A DNA stretch of 63,026 bases, filler included, from Octopus bimaculoides (GCF_001194135.2; 6 parts of 5 records of this genome joined end to end with filler, not necessarily neighbours in it); one strand, 5' to 3'. Shown: positions 39,998-52,174, counted from the whole stretch's first letter. Program-made: numbers and translations. Notes: generated by a model not told the origin, from the letters alone.

Positions 39998-40345
39998 TCA
40001 TAGGATCGCAGTTTCGATTCCCAGACCGCGCGTTGTGAGTGTTTATTGAGCGAAAACACCTAAAAGCTCCACGAGGCTCCGGCAGGGGATGGTGGCGAAC
40101 CCTGCTGTACTCTTTCACCACAACCTTCTCTCACTCTTACTTCCTGTTTCTGTTGTGCCTGTAATTCAAAGGGTCAGCCTTGTCACACTCTGTGTCACGC
40201 TGAATATCCCCCGAGAACTACGTTATGGGTACACGTGTCTGTGGAGTGCTCAGCCACTTGCACGTTAATTTCACGAGCAGGCTGTTCCGTTGATCTGATC
40301 AACTGGAACCCTCGTCGTTGTAACCGACGGAGTGCCAACAACAAC
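39998..40345 (+). mobile_element. SINE family B, 5'-clipped; other copies at 40851-41036, 58581-58841 and 60138-60528
   Basis: GTTTCGATTCCCAGACC...GAGCGAAAACACCTAAAAGCTCCACGAGGCTCCGGCAGGG...GACGGAGTGCCAACAAC shared between copies. Confidence 0.9.
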
Positions 40346-40594
40346 ATTAAACTATGTATATATGTGATGTCTATATATTAATTTATATCTACACTGTGAT
40401 GTATGTATTAATTTGGGACCCATGGAAGGACATCTTTATATTAATCAGAATGTATAAAACAAGGATTGTGAACAAGCATTGGATGTTTAGAAGAAGGTTA
40501 TGAAAATGCTTTGAGGAGGCAAACGGTTAAAATGATGTGATAATGTTGTCCTTATTGCTGATAATGTTGCTGATGTTGCTGTTGTATTTTGCAG

Positions 40595-40675
40595 GTTTAA
40601 ATCTCAATATGTATCTCTCGCATATCCTTGAAGATAATTACCCAGAAATGATGAAGCGACTATTTCTAATTAACG
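40595..40675 (+). CDS. SEC14L: SEC14-like CRAL-TRIO lipid-binding protein, internal exon
   Basis: ttttgcag|GT...AACG|gtaag, 81 nt, phase 1-1. Encodes (G)LNLNMYLSHILEDNYPEMMKRLFLIN(A), the E(D/E)NYPExxKRLFxxxAP signature of SEC14L2-type proteins. Confidence 0.92.
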
Positions 40676-40787
40676 GTAAGTCTTTTCGTCATTTTGTTGT
40701 GGCTGTCATTGGGGATGGTCATGCTTTGTTGTCTGCCCATCTATCTTTCTCCTTCTGTATGTGTGTGTATATATATATATATATCTA

Positions 40788-40852
<65 letters not shown>

Positions 40853-41224
40853 AGGCGCAATGGCCCAGTGGTTAGGGCAGCGGACTTGCGGTCATAGGAT
40901 TGTGGTTTCGATTCCCAGACCGGGCGTTGTGAGTGTTTATTGAGCGAAAACACCTAAAAGCCCCACGAGGCTCCGGCAGGGGATGGTGGCGAACCCTGCT
41001 GTACTCTTTCACCACAACTTTCTCTCACTCTCTCTTTCTTTCTGTCTGTCTGTCTGTCTCTGTCTCTCTGGGTAACCATGTATCTCCCCTACAGCAAGAC
41101 CTCTGTCTCTGTTCTTCTATCACACTCTATCCTCTCATCGTCTGGCACAAGGCCACCTCCTCCAGTCCCCCACTTCCCCTCAAAAGATCTTTGTCTTGCA
41201 AGTTGCTTGGTAACCCTACCACTT

Positions 41225-41492
41225 CTGGTGCACCCAGTCCACACTATAAAGTGTTTGGAAGAGCATCTAGCTGTAAAAACCTTGCCAAAACAGACCTATC
41301 CAGTACTTGGGCCACCTAAGAAGCACTCACTCCACTCTGTAAGGTGGTCAGTGTTAAGAAGGGCGTCCAGTTGTAGAAACCAAGCCATATCAGACTATGG
41401 AACCTGGTCTGGCCCTTTGCCTTACCAGTTCCTGTCAAGCTGTCCAACCCGTGCCAGCATGGAAAACAGATGTTAAATGGCAATGATGATGA
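41225..41492 (+). mobile_element. Family D (RTE-tail) repeat in the SEC14L intron; another copy at 42781-43030 (-)
   Basis: AAGAAGGGCGTCCAGTTGTAGAAAC...CCAACCCGTGCCAGCATGGAAAAC...(GAT)n. Confidence 0.75.
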
Positions 41493-41547
41493 TACGTATA
41501 TTTTATTTTATCTGACCACCACTCCTCATTCTACCTTTCCATTTCAG

Positions 41548-41631
41548 CACCAAAGTTGTTACCCATGATATACAAACTGGCCAAACCATTACTCAGTGAA
41601 AATATGAAGCAGAAAATATTCGTCTTGGGAA
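41548..41631 (+). CDS. SEC14L: SEC14-like CRAL-TRIO protein, next exon
   Basis: ccatttcag|CA...GGAA|gtaagt, 84 nt, in phase with the previous exon. Encodes (A)PKLLPMIYKLAKPLLSENMKQKIFVLG, matching APKLFP..Y.L.KPFLSEDT.KKIxVLG. Confidence 0.93.
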
Positions 41632-41689
41632 GTAAGTTAGCTCTTTCTCATTCTTTCTTTCTTACCTTCCCTTTCTTTATCTTTCACAT

Positions 41690-41730
<41 letters not shown>

Positions 41731-41884
41731 CATGCACACATAAGTGCAACTGTAATATCTTACATATATTTTTACTTTTATTTTTATTCTCATATTTCCC
41801 TTCATATTTCCTCTACTTATCCCTTTCCAAACTAACTTCTTGTATTGAACTCTACTATTTCCCTCTATTTAACTCTCTCATATC

Positions 41885-41933
41885 GTCTCTGATGAAGGGA
41901 TATCCCTAATATCCCAGAAACAGCTGTAAGGCT
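41885..41933 (+). ncRNA. Hammerhead-ribozyme-like motif (PLE-type)
   Basis: GTCT-CTGATGA-A-GGGATAT/ATATCCC-A-GAAAC-AGCT-GTA-AGGC, with palindromic stem III ACAGCTGT and one extra A before GAAA. Confidence 0.5.
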
Positions 41934-43285
41934 ACCTTTCTCTTTATAAATGTCCTATAAATTCCACACAGCCTCGGCATTGTTGTCTCATTTTATTTGA
42001 CATATACACGCTCGCACAAGACTCGCGTGAGACTCCTCACTCGTATTATTATCGAACCGAGAGTCTATGATCCTCCCGTACCACTTGCATTGCCTTACTT
42101 GCCATCGGGAGTCTTCTGGATATCAATACCTCTCATACACATATATTTCTATATATAAATAAATATATAATTTAGAGAAAAGAACCAAAGTTCATGAACT
42201 CATCCATGAAAATCCACAGTCACATATAGAAAAATTTAATAAGTAAATACACTAAAATGAACTGTAATAATTATTTTAACGATTATTACTTTGTATTTTA
42301 TTATAGTTCTTTTTAGTGTATTTACTTATTAAATTTTTCTATANNNNNNNNNNNNNNNNNNNNNNNNNNNNNNNNNNNNNNNNNNNNNNNNNNNNNNNNN
42401 NNNNNNNNNNNNNNNNNNNNNNNNNNNNNNNNNNNNNNNNNNNNNNNNNNNNNNNNNNNNNNNNNNNNNNNNNNNNNNNNNNNNNNNNNNNNNNNNNNNN
42501 NNNNNNNNNNNNNNNNNNNNNNNNNNNNNNNNNNNNNNNNNNNNNNNNNNNNNNNNNNNNNNNNNNNNNNNNNNNNNNNNNNNNNNNNNNNNNNNNNNNN
42601 NNNNNNNNNNNNNNNNNNNNNNNNNNNNNNNNNNNNNNNNNNNNNNNNNNNNNNNNNNNNNNNNNNNNNNNNNNNNNNNNNNNNNNNNNNNNNNNNNNNN
42701 NNNNNNNNNNNNNNNNNNNNNNNNNNNNNNNNNNNNNNNNNNNNNNNNNNNNNNNNNNNNNNNNNNNNNNNNNNNNNNNNAGTCTGGTTTGGCAGAGTTT
42801 CTACAGCTGGATGCCCTTCCTAACGCCAACCACTCAGAGAGTGTAGTGGGTGCTTTTACGTGTCACCCGCACGAAAACGGCCACGCTCGAAATGGTGTCT
42901 TTTATGTGCCACCCGCACAAGCCAGTCCAGGGGCACTGGCAACGATCTCGCTCGAAAATCCTACAGGAGCCAGTCAGGCAGTACTGGCAACGGCCACGCT
43001 CAAAATGGTGCATCTCATGTGCCACCCGCACAACAAAACATACAAATCTGCACATGCACTGACTCCAAATACTGCACATATACACACGCATCCATGCACA
43101 AATACTCTGTTGATGTCGTTGAAATTCCAATGAAGGTGCCTTGGATCTAGGTTAGAAACCGGCTCTTTCTCTATTGGCAAGAAATCTTAAAATAAACTAA
43201 GTAATGGCTTACATACATACATACATGCATAAAAACTTTCCAGAAGTTTATTATTTAAGTATATATGAGCATGTCACATATATAC

Positions 43286-43561
43286 TTATAATGTGAACTA
43301 ATTATAATTATAATGTGAACTAATTATAATTATAATGTGGACTAACTATAATTATAATGTGGACTAACTATAATTATAATGTGGACTAATTCAAATTATA
43401 ATTATAGTGTGGACTAATTATAATTATAATGTGAAATAATTATAATTATAATGTGGACTAACTATAATTATAATGTGGACTAATTCAAATTATAATTATA
43501 GTGTGGACTAATTATAATTATAATGTGAAATAATTATAATTATAATGTGGACTAACTATAA
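43286..43561. repeat. 22-bp minisatellite with a 94-bp higher-order unit; runs into a gap
   Basis: TTATAATGTG(G/A)ACTAA(C/T)TATAA monomers; the same four variants (22+28+22+22) recur in order. Confidence 0.9.
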
Positions 43562-43661
43562 NNNNNNNNNNNNNNNNNNNNNNNNNNNNNNNNNNNNNNN
43601 NNNNNTTAATTAATTAANNNNNNNNNNNNNNNNNNNNNNNNNNNNNNNNNNNNNNNNNNNN

Positions 43662-44020
43662 TTCCGGGTTCAGTCCCACTGCGTGACACCTTGGGCAAGT
43701 GTCTTTTACTATAGCCTCGGGCCGACCAAAGCCTTGTGAGTGGATTTGGTAGACGGAAATTGAAAGAAGCCCGTCGTATATATGTATATATATGTGTGTA
43801 TATATGTATGAGTTTCTGTGTTTGTTTCCCCTCCCCCCACCATCGCTTGACAACTGATAGTGGAGTGTTTACGTCCCCGTAACTTAGCGGTTCGGCAAAA
43901 AGTGATCGATAGAATAAGTACTAGGCTTACAAAGAATAAGTCCTGGGGTCGATTTGCTTGACTAAAGGTGGTGCTCCAGCATGGCCGCAGTCAAATGACT
44001 GAAACAAGTAAAAAAGTAAA
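43662..44020 (+). mobile_element. SINE family A, CpG-intact; further copies at 49425-49600 (+), 51155-51292 (-) and 57875-58250 (+)
   Basis: Direct match to 32931-33331. Confidence 0.9.
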
Positions 44021-44049
44021 AGACAAAGAGAAAAGTAATGAGAAGTAGG

Positions 44050-44812
44050 TTCTCCATAATCACAGCCAATGAAAATGGCAATGGTAAGCACCCAATGAAA
44101 AAAAGAGAATCCATCCTCAGACCATTCGCTGTATTTAATGTAATAGGAAAGATGTCATCTATCATGAAGTGTTGAGTGAAGACAACACAGAAAATGTGGA
44201 GAAGTATTGTTGTCAATTGGAAGTATTGCAGGAAAATTTGCAGAAAAAGCACCTGTCATTAGACAATCATAAAGGAGTGTTGTTCTTACATGCAAATAGA
44301 AGACTGCATATTGGCCAAGTCACTCAAACAAGATTAACCCTTTAGTGTTCGCATTATTCTGCCAAAATCAATGGTTTTTCATCGACATTGTTTTGAACTA
44401 ATCATGCATTATCTTGTAGCTATTAGATTTTGATGAGGTAGCTGTTAATTTTTAAAACAATATTGTAGGGTTGGTGTGAGAGACCAGACCTGGCCAGTTT
44501 GAACATAAAACAGGCAGAATACTTTTGGCCGGATATGCCCGGTTTAAATGCTAAAGGGTTAAGGCATTAAATATGGAAGTTTTGGCTCCTCTTCCTTACT
44601 CTTTTCACCTTGGTCCATTTCACAGTCGACTTTTTAGATCATTGCAACATTATTTGGAGGTAAAACAGTTTATTAATTATGAAGAGGTTAAAAATTATAT
44701 GAAATGTTTTTTTGCTTCAAAACCTGGAGAATTTTACACTCAAGGATCAACAATTTGTTGAAGAGATGAGTTTATGTAATCAATAATGAAGGGTATATAT
44801 TATCTTGCTTAA
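44050..44812 (+). mobile_element. Mariner transposase remnant split by a MITE
   Basis: SIITANEN (TGDE), YCCQLEVLQENLQKKHLSLDNHKGVLFLHANRRLH (HDNARPH), [MITE], KIKALNMEVLAPLPYSFHLGP (YSPDLAP), LFRSLQHYL...FFASKPGEFY. Confidence 0.85.
44338..44558. mobile_element. 221-bp piggyBac-like MITE
   Basis: Perfect TTAA duplication (44334-44337 and 44559-44562) and CCCTTTAG...CTAAAGGG termini. Confidence 0.85.
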
Positions 44813-44984
44813 ATGATTAAATATATCAATTAAGCTCAAAGAAGCATGTGTTTCTTGCCATCTTGGAATGCAACGAGACATTCTTTCCAATCTGTGCTAT
44901 CTACATACACACACATAAATCTATGTATGCATGTATGTATATATATGTTTGTGTGTTCATATATATATGTGTGTGTGTGTGTTC

Positions 44985-45020
<36 letters not shown>

Positions 45021-45039
45021 CAAAAAAACAATAACAAAA

Positions 45040-45200
45040 AAACAACAAAGTGAGGACGTGATATGGATAGTATTATTGGACGCTCAGGAAAGGAAAGAGA
45101 GAGTGTATGACGTTTCGGGCGTAGCCCTTCGTCGGAAAGATGGAAAGTTCGGAGAATGGAAGAACGGAGAAAGAGGAAAATGGTACCGATGCCCACGGTA
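45040..45200 (-). mobile_element. Solo PLE terminal-repeat-like element with a degenerate hammerhead at 45105-45139
   Basis: Minus strand CCGACGA-A-GGGC-TAC-GCCC-GAAAC-GTC, next to a (TA)n tract; shares TGAGCGTCCAATAA with 61520-61790. Confidence 0.6.
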
Positions 45201-45442
45201 TATACACACACACATACACATACATACGAATATAGATTTATAGACATTTTTGTATATGCTTGTGTAAATACATAAATATGTATAAATATAAGTATATATA
45301 TGTATATATACATACATTTACATATATATATGTATGTATATATCTATCTGTACATATATATTTGCACACACATATATACATATATATGTACATATACATA
45401 TATATACACATATATATACATAAGTATATATATATGTATATA

Positions 45443-45511
<69 letters not shown>

Positions 45512-45939
45512 ATTGGAATCAACATCATCATCATCATCATCACATTATTGTTATAAAGCAACAGTGTAGAGAGACTATTTCCCCATACAGCTTCAACTTA
45601 TTGACTACATTCAATATGCATATCATCTGTCATTCACTCAAAAAGAAAAAAACAGACCTCCTCCGTCTCTACACCATGCCCTCCACCACCTCTCCACCTC
45701 TCCACCCACCCTTTCCGAATGTTTCCGCTCAATATCTTGGCCACTATTTTGCACGCTTCAATAAGTGGAAATTTATCTCAGAAGTGGCCGATATTGAGGC
45801 TAAAGAAATATAGTGAATGTTTAAACAAGCAACGCATACACACACACATATAGACAGACAGACAGACTGAGAGAGATATAGATAGACAGACAGACATGGT
45901 TGCACTCACCCATGCACATATAGATACATGTATGCATAG

Positions 45940-45981
<42 letters not shown>

Positions 45982-47454
45982 TTTTTATTTGTTTCAATCA
46001 GTTGACTGCAGCCATGCTGGAGCGTCGCCTTTCGTCAAAGAAATTGACCCATATATATATATATATATGTATATTTGTCTGTCTATATATTTATATGTGT
46101 GTCTGTATGTATGTATGTGTCCATATATACATACACACACACACAGGCAACTACACAATACTGTATATGAAATTATAGAGGCGTATATCAATTGATATTT
46201 GTACACCAAATCTCTCAAGCCATTAATCTATCTATCTATCTATCTATCTTTCTATCCATCTATCTATCTATCTATCTATCCATCTATCTTTCTATCCATC
46301 TATCTATCTATCTATCTATCTATCTATTTATCTATCTATCTATTTATCTATCTATAGATATATATATATGTGTGCCTTGCAAAAGTTTACATGGACAAAC
46401 AAGCTAATTGTTTTGCAGCGACAAACTTCTGCATACATACATCCATCCATACATGTATGCATCTGTATTTACATGCATCTGTATTTACATGCATCTGTGT
46501 TTGTATACACATATACATACATGCATATGTATTTACACACACACGTATATATACTTGCAGTAACAGTCGTTGAAAAGATTGTAATAGCGTGGTATCAAAC
46601 GAGTTAAATGTAAAAGCCCCAACTCTCAATATATTGTCTCTGAAGCAGCCGTTTAATATTAAACGCATGGCAGAACATGTTGTTTATGCATCAGTGACAA
46701 TGACAAGAAAAACCAAACAACACGAATGTTTTGCGTGTCAGCCATGTTGCTTTCAATATTTCATTTGCGTGTTTCATATANNNNNNNNNNNNNNNNNNNN
46801 NNNNNNNNNNNNNNNNNNNNNNNNNNNNNNNNNNNNNNNNNNNNNNNNNNNNNNNNNNNNNNNNNNNNNNNNNNNNNNNNNNNNNNNNNNNNNNNNNNNN
46901 NNNNNNNNNNNNNNNNNNNNNNNNNNNNNNNNNNNNNNNNNNNNNNNNNNNNNNNNNNNNNNNNNNNNNNNNNNNNNNNNNNNNNNNNNNNNNNNNNNNN
47001 NNNNNNNNNNNNNNNNNNNNNNNNNNNNNNNNNNNNNNNNNNNNNNNNNNNNNNNNNNNNNNNNNNNNNNNNNNNNNNNNNNNNNNNNNNNNNNNNNNNN
47101 NNNNNNNNNNNNNNNNNNNNNNNNNNNNNNNNNNNNNNNNNNNNNNNNNNNNNNNNNNNNNNNNNNNNNNNNNNNNNNNNNNNNNNNNNNNNNNNNNNNN
47201 NNNNNNNNNNNNNNNNNNNNNNNNNNNNNNNNNNNNNNNNNNNNNNNNNNNNNNNNNNNNNNNNNNNNNNNNNNNNNNNNNNNNNNNNNNNNNNNNNNNN
47301 NNNNNNNNNNNNNNNNNNNNNNNNNNNNNNNNNNNNNNNNNNNNNNNNNNNNNNNNNNNNNNNNNNNNNNNNNNNNNNNNNNNNNNNNNNNNNNNNNNNN
47401 NNNNNNNNNNNNNNNNNNNNNNNNNNNNNNNNNNNNNNNNNNNNNNNNNNNNNN

Positions 47455-47495
<41 letters not shown>

Positions 47496-47598
47496 AATCC
47501 CCCCAAAAAACTAAGAACAAACACAAGAAAAAAGCAACAATGCATGGACGTGATACATGCAAAGTATTAAAAGACACACAGGGAAGGAAAGAAAGGTA

Positions 47599-47633
47599 GT
47601 TTTATATTTCGAGCAAAGCTCTTCGTCAGAAAC
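47599..47633 (-). ncRNA. Minimal hammerhead-like motif within a PLE-type repeat (about 47500-47710)
   Basis: GTTT-CTGACGA-A-GAGC-TTT-GCTC-GAAAT-ATA-AAAC: intact core, paired stems I and II, NUH-type AUA triplet. Confidence 0.6.
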
Positions 47634-47754
47634 AGGAGATGGAGGAAAGTCCAAGAGAAAAGGAAGATGGAGGGGAAAAATCGCCAACAATCCACATGTG
47701 GTTAACATTTTGAAATGTGTATATACTATATACATGTGTATACATAGATATATA

Positions 47755-47787
<33 letters not shown>

Positions 47788-49084
47788 CTGTAAAAATATG
47801 TGACACTTATTCGGTAGCCATGATAAAACTCTGAGTTTCAGATGCCAGGGTGGGAGCCCACGCCAACATGTCGCTGGAGCGAAGACATGTTACAATACAG
47901 GTAGAGAAATTTGAACACAAAACACGAAACCGGTTATTTCTCCAAATACAATGTTTCTATACCCAAAATTTTATAACATTTTTCTGACATAACAATTTAA
48001 ATATATACTTTAAGCATGTAACACAAGCCTTCTGTAGTTTTTTCACTCTTGTTTATCTTTTATACATCCAACCACGTGCTTTCACATACCAACTTTCTCA
48101 TACATATATATACATATATACATATATATAATTTACACAGCAGCTGGATGCTTTATACAATTGACTAGGGAAAGAAGTAAGCTGTATCCATCTTGTCTGA
48201 AGTGCGACCAATCAGCCATGAAGTGTTCAGTCAAGGTACACCTCCCGCTCTTTCTTCCACACCTCAATAAATTTGAGACGAGGTGTTTACATTCTTATTC
48301 CATCCACAGATATATTTTGCAATAATGAAATTCCTTGCAGTTATTTTCAACTATTCTGATGCATGTATGTATGCATGCATGCATGTAGTTATGTATGTGT
48401 ATATATATAGGAAGGTGTGTACGTATGTTTTTATGTATGTGTGCATGCATGCATACATAAATACATGCATGTATGCATGCATGTATGTGTGTATGCACAT
48501 ATGTATGTAAGTGCACGTATGTATTTATTCATTTATTTATGTATATATGTACATATGTATGAATTTATAGATGTATGTGTGTATGTATATAAGTGCATAT
48601 ATGTATGTATGTATGTGATTGTGCATGTGTATATGTATTTATGTATGTGTATATAAGCATCAATTTATGTATGTGAAAGTTTGTACATGTGTATTAGTGT
48701 AGGTCAGTTTTGGAACTGTCATCTTGGACTAGTCTAGATAGAAAGATATTAATGTATAGAAAACATTGCCTTAACTCTTATTTATGAAAATTATTCTATG
48801 TTTTGAGGATTCTCAGTTTGTTTTAAGTTGTAAAATTGTAAAATTTTATACATAAAAAGCCAACCATTGGACCTAATTTAATTAAAATAATCAATTAAAA
48901 TTTATCGTTTTCTACAAAAGAATGCTTGGAAATTGTTTAAATTCTTTATAGATGTTGATTGATGTATTATTTTGCACTCTCTAATGATATTTGCCTATCA
49001 AATGCTTATTAAATTAAATTATTTTCAGATATTTCGTAAAAATAGGTAGAAAAAGGAAGTCTGTAGTATTAACTTAGTGCCAAA

Positions 49085-49410
49085 AAATTTGGTGGTCAGC
49101 CTTCCCCTTTAGATAAAACAGAGCCTTCTACCCTCTGCAAAGTTATTCAGTACAGTCATTTCCCCCACTCGGACTTGAGACTATGATATTGCTAAAATTA
49201 TAGCAAAGTGTGTAATTGAGATTTGTGTAATTGAGTCAAGGAGCAGAATATGGAGGAAAAGCTGGATAAAATTTTTGACATTTCTGCTTGCACCTGTAAG
49301 CTATCTGTTCGTCCTTGTGATGACAATGCTGTGAAGTGCAAGAAAGAAAATCATCAAGCTCAGCACATAACCTGCACATGTCCTCTCAATAAGAAGGTAA
49401 AGCTATTTTT
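49085..49410 (+). mobile_element. Fragment of an unclassified DNA-transposase-like ORF
   Basis: FGGQPSPLDKTEPSTLCKVIQY...DIAKIIAKCVIEI and KLDKIFDISACTC...C...CKKEN...HITCTCP..KKV resemble a widespread invertebrate LFDI.xCxC transposase family (recall only). Confidence 0.4.
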
Positions 49411-49734
49411 TAAACTTTTAACTAGGCGCAGGAGTGGCTGTGTGGTAAGTAGCTTGCTTACCAACCACATGGTTCCGGGTTCAGTCCCACTGCGTGGCAC
49501 CTTGGGCAAGTGTCTTCTACTATAGCCTCGGGCCGACCAAAGCCTTGTGAGTGGATTTGGTAGACGGAAACTGAAAGAAGCCCGTTGTATATATGTATAT
49601 ATATATGAGGTTATGAGAGGTAATGGTGTCAAGANNNNNNNNNNNNNNNNNNNNNNNNNNNNNNNNNNNNNNNNNNNNTTAATTAATTAANNNNNNNNNN
49701 NNNNNNNNNNNNNNNNNNNNNNNNNNNNNNNNNN

Positions 49735-51148
49735 CAAATGAAAGAAAATGTGTGAGTGCACAAGTGTGTGTGAGAAAAAACACAACATATTAGAAGTGTC
49801 TGTAGAGAAAAATCCAGTTCGTATAAAAGTTATACAAGATTATAGTATGTCCATACGCAGGAAGTTGTGGTCCGTGAGCAGAGCTGTAGTTGAGCGTCGG
49901 ATGCTAGTTGTGACCGGTTACCTGGTACAGAATATTCTATAAAAGTTACACAAGGAAATTTGGAATGTTAATACGCAGGAACTGTAATATAGCTGTGTTC
50001 TGTATGTGTGGTGGTAATGATGTCCTGTTGAAACTGTTGGCGACGTCGGGGGAATGCTTGTAGTTGGTAGTAGTTGTTGTTGTCGTCGCGGTGGTAATCT
50101 TGGTTGAACGAAGCTGGTGGCGAAAAGGCTGCTCGGTGATGATGGTGTTTGAAGAGGTGCNNNNNNNNNNNNNNNNNNNNNNNNNNNNNNNNNNNNNNNN
50201 NNNNNNNNNNNNNNNNNNNNNNNNNNNNNNNNNNNNNNNNNNNNNNNNNNNNNNNNNNNNNNNNNNNNNNNNNNNNNNNNNNNNNNNNNNNNNNNNNNNN
50301 NNNNNNNNNNNNNNNNNNNNNNNNNNNNNNNNNNNNNNNNNNNNNNNNNNNNNNNNNNNNNNNNNNNNNNNNNNNNNNNNNNNNNNNNNNNNNNNNNNNN
50401 NNNNNNNNNNNNNNNNNNNNNNNNNNNNNNNNNNNNNNNNNNNNNNNNNNNNNNNNNNNNNNNNNNNNNNNNNNNNNNNNNNNNNNNNNNNNNNNNNNNN
50501 NNNNNNNNNNNNNNNNNNNNNNNNNNNNNNNNNNNNNNNNNNNNNNNNNNNNNNNNNNNNNNNNNNNNNNNNNNNNNNNNNNNNNNNNNNNNNNNNNNNN
50601 NNNNNNNNNNNNNNNNNNNNNNNNNNATCGTTGCTTGGTAGTTCAGTCTCCATGGCCGCATTTGTTCTTTAGTCGGGGTCACCAGTTATAGGTTGGTAGT
50701 CCAGAATCCATGGCCGCGTTTGTTTCTTAGTCGGGGTCACCACTTTATAGGTTGGTAGTCCGTTATATAGAAATAGTTGCTATTGTAGCTCAGCGGGCTG
50801 CGTGTTTGAATCACGTCGGAGGGTCACCAGTATAGAGAAGTCGGTTATACATCATTAGATGTACACCTGACTTTCCTATATTAAATTAAGAATTGAACGC
50901 TGAACTCCAAACTATCAACACAAACAACATTTATTCAAGGTGGAAAATATACATCTTTAATCTTGTTTGTTGAGACGTTGGTATATTGATGTGAGCTGTC
51001 TAGCGTGAGTTCGAAAGATGGAGAGACAGCTAGACACGTCCTTGCTCAATCGCTGACCAGCAAGAAAAGAGACAGAATAAAGCGGGAAACGTTTGGCTGT
51101 TGAATTCCACGCATGCGTGAGACTACGCATGCGCACGGCGTTACTACA
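49735..51148 (-). mobile_element. Gypsy-type (probably CsRn1-like, tRNA-Trp-primed) LTR retrotransposon remnant: 5' LTR, PBS region and gag
   Basis: LTR-like segment starting TGTAGTAAC (51148) with AATAAA (50930-50935), then TGGTGACC(TC)CCGACGTGAT complementary to the tRNA-Trp 3' end. ATG at 50653 opens into a gap; a Pro/Ser/Thr-rich frame after the gap ends in a degenerate CHCC-like HHYHHTYRTQLYYSSC. Confidence 0.7.
50635..50761. repeat. 58/59-bp tandem repeat, each unit carrying a tRNA-Trp PBS (GTCGGGGTCACCA at 50672-50684 and 50730-50742)
   Basis: Read directly from sequence. Confidence 0.9.
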
Positions 51149-51289
51149 CATATATACGACAGGCTTCTTTCAGTCTCCGTCTACCAAATCCACTCACAAG
51201 GCTATAGTAGAAGACACTTGCCCAAGATGCCACGCAGTGGGACTGAACCCGGGACCATGTGGTTGGTAAGCAAGCTACTTACCACACAG

Positions 51290-51330
<41 letters not shown>

Positions 51331-51425
51331 TACGTATATCAACGTATAACAACGTACATATATAGACACATACACACTTATGCATACATATATATAAGTA
51401 TAAATATACAGGCGTGCACACATAC

Positions 51426-51466
<41 letters not shown>

Positions 51467-52125
51467 NNNNNNNNNNNNNNNNNNNNNNNNNNNNNNNNNN
51501 NNNNNNNNNNTTAATTAATTAANNNNNNNNNNNNNNNNNNNNNNNNNNNNNNNNNNNNNNNNNNNNACGTACTGCTATAAACTATTGAATTTTTGTTGCT
51601 TAACTTCAAATTTTATTCACCAAATCTCTTGATTTTGTTTTGGGTTTTTTACCATACCAAATTCTGGTGCCTCAAACATTTTAAGTACTACATTTAATCT
51701 TTTGATTAAATCTATATTACATATATATATATATATATATAAGTATATATCCATGTGTTTGTGTATTAAAAGCAGTAAATGATTGTTGTAATCATTGATA
51801 AAATTCTCAGATGAATTTGTTTGATGTCAAAGCCTTCTGAAACGTTTTCCATTTCTTAATGTGAAGAAATTGCATTTAACTTCAACCAAATTAACTTCCT
51901 TTGACCACAGTTTTTCACTTTCCGTATATTCTCCTGCAAGCGTTGCTGAATGAATACGTTTGAAAGCGATTGACGTAATTGTGAAAAGTGAGGCTACATA
52001 CTGACCATGGCAATCTGCAAATAACATATTCTTTTATAAATTTTGGAAATTTCCAAGAGAATCTTTTGTCATAAATAGGTGCTTGATACCCCTTAAATTT
52101 TCATACTAGGGTTCTCTCTGACTCC

Positions 52126-52174
<49 letters not shown>

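Noticed and set aside
41990-42125. Short inverted repeats (CTCCCG/CGGGAG, GACTC/GAGTC) as a structured ncRNA in the SEC14L intron
   Set aside because: The stems are only 5-6 bp, there are no snoRNA box motifs, and this is expected by chance.
50635-50830. Repeat-spacer pattern as a CRISPR-like array
   Set aside because: The genome is eukaryotic, there are no cas genes, the 'spacers' are near-identical to each other, and the repeat is a tRNA-Trp PBS.
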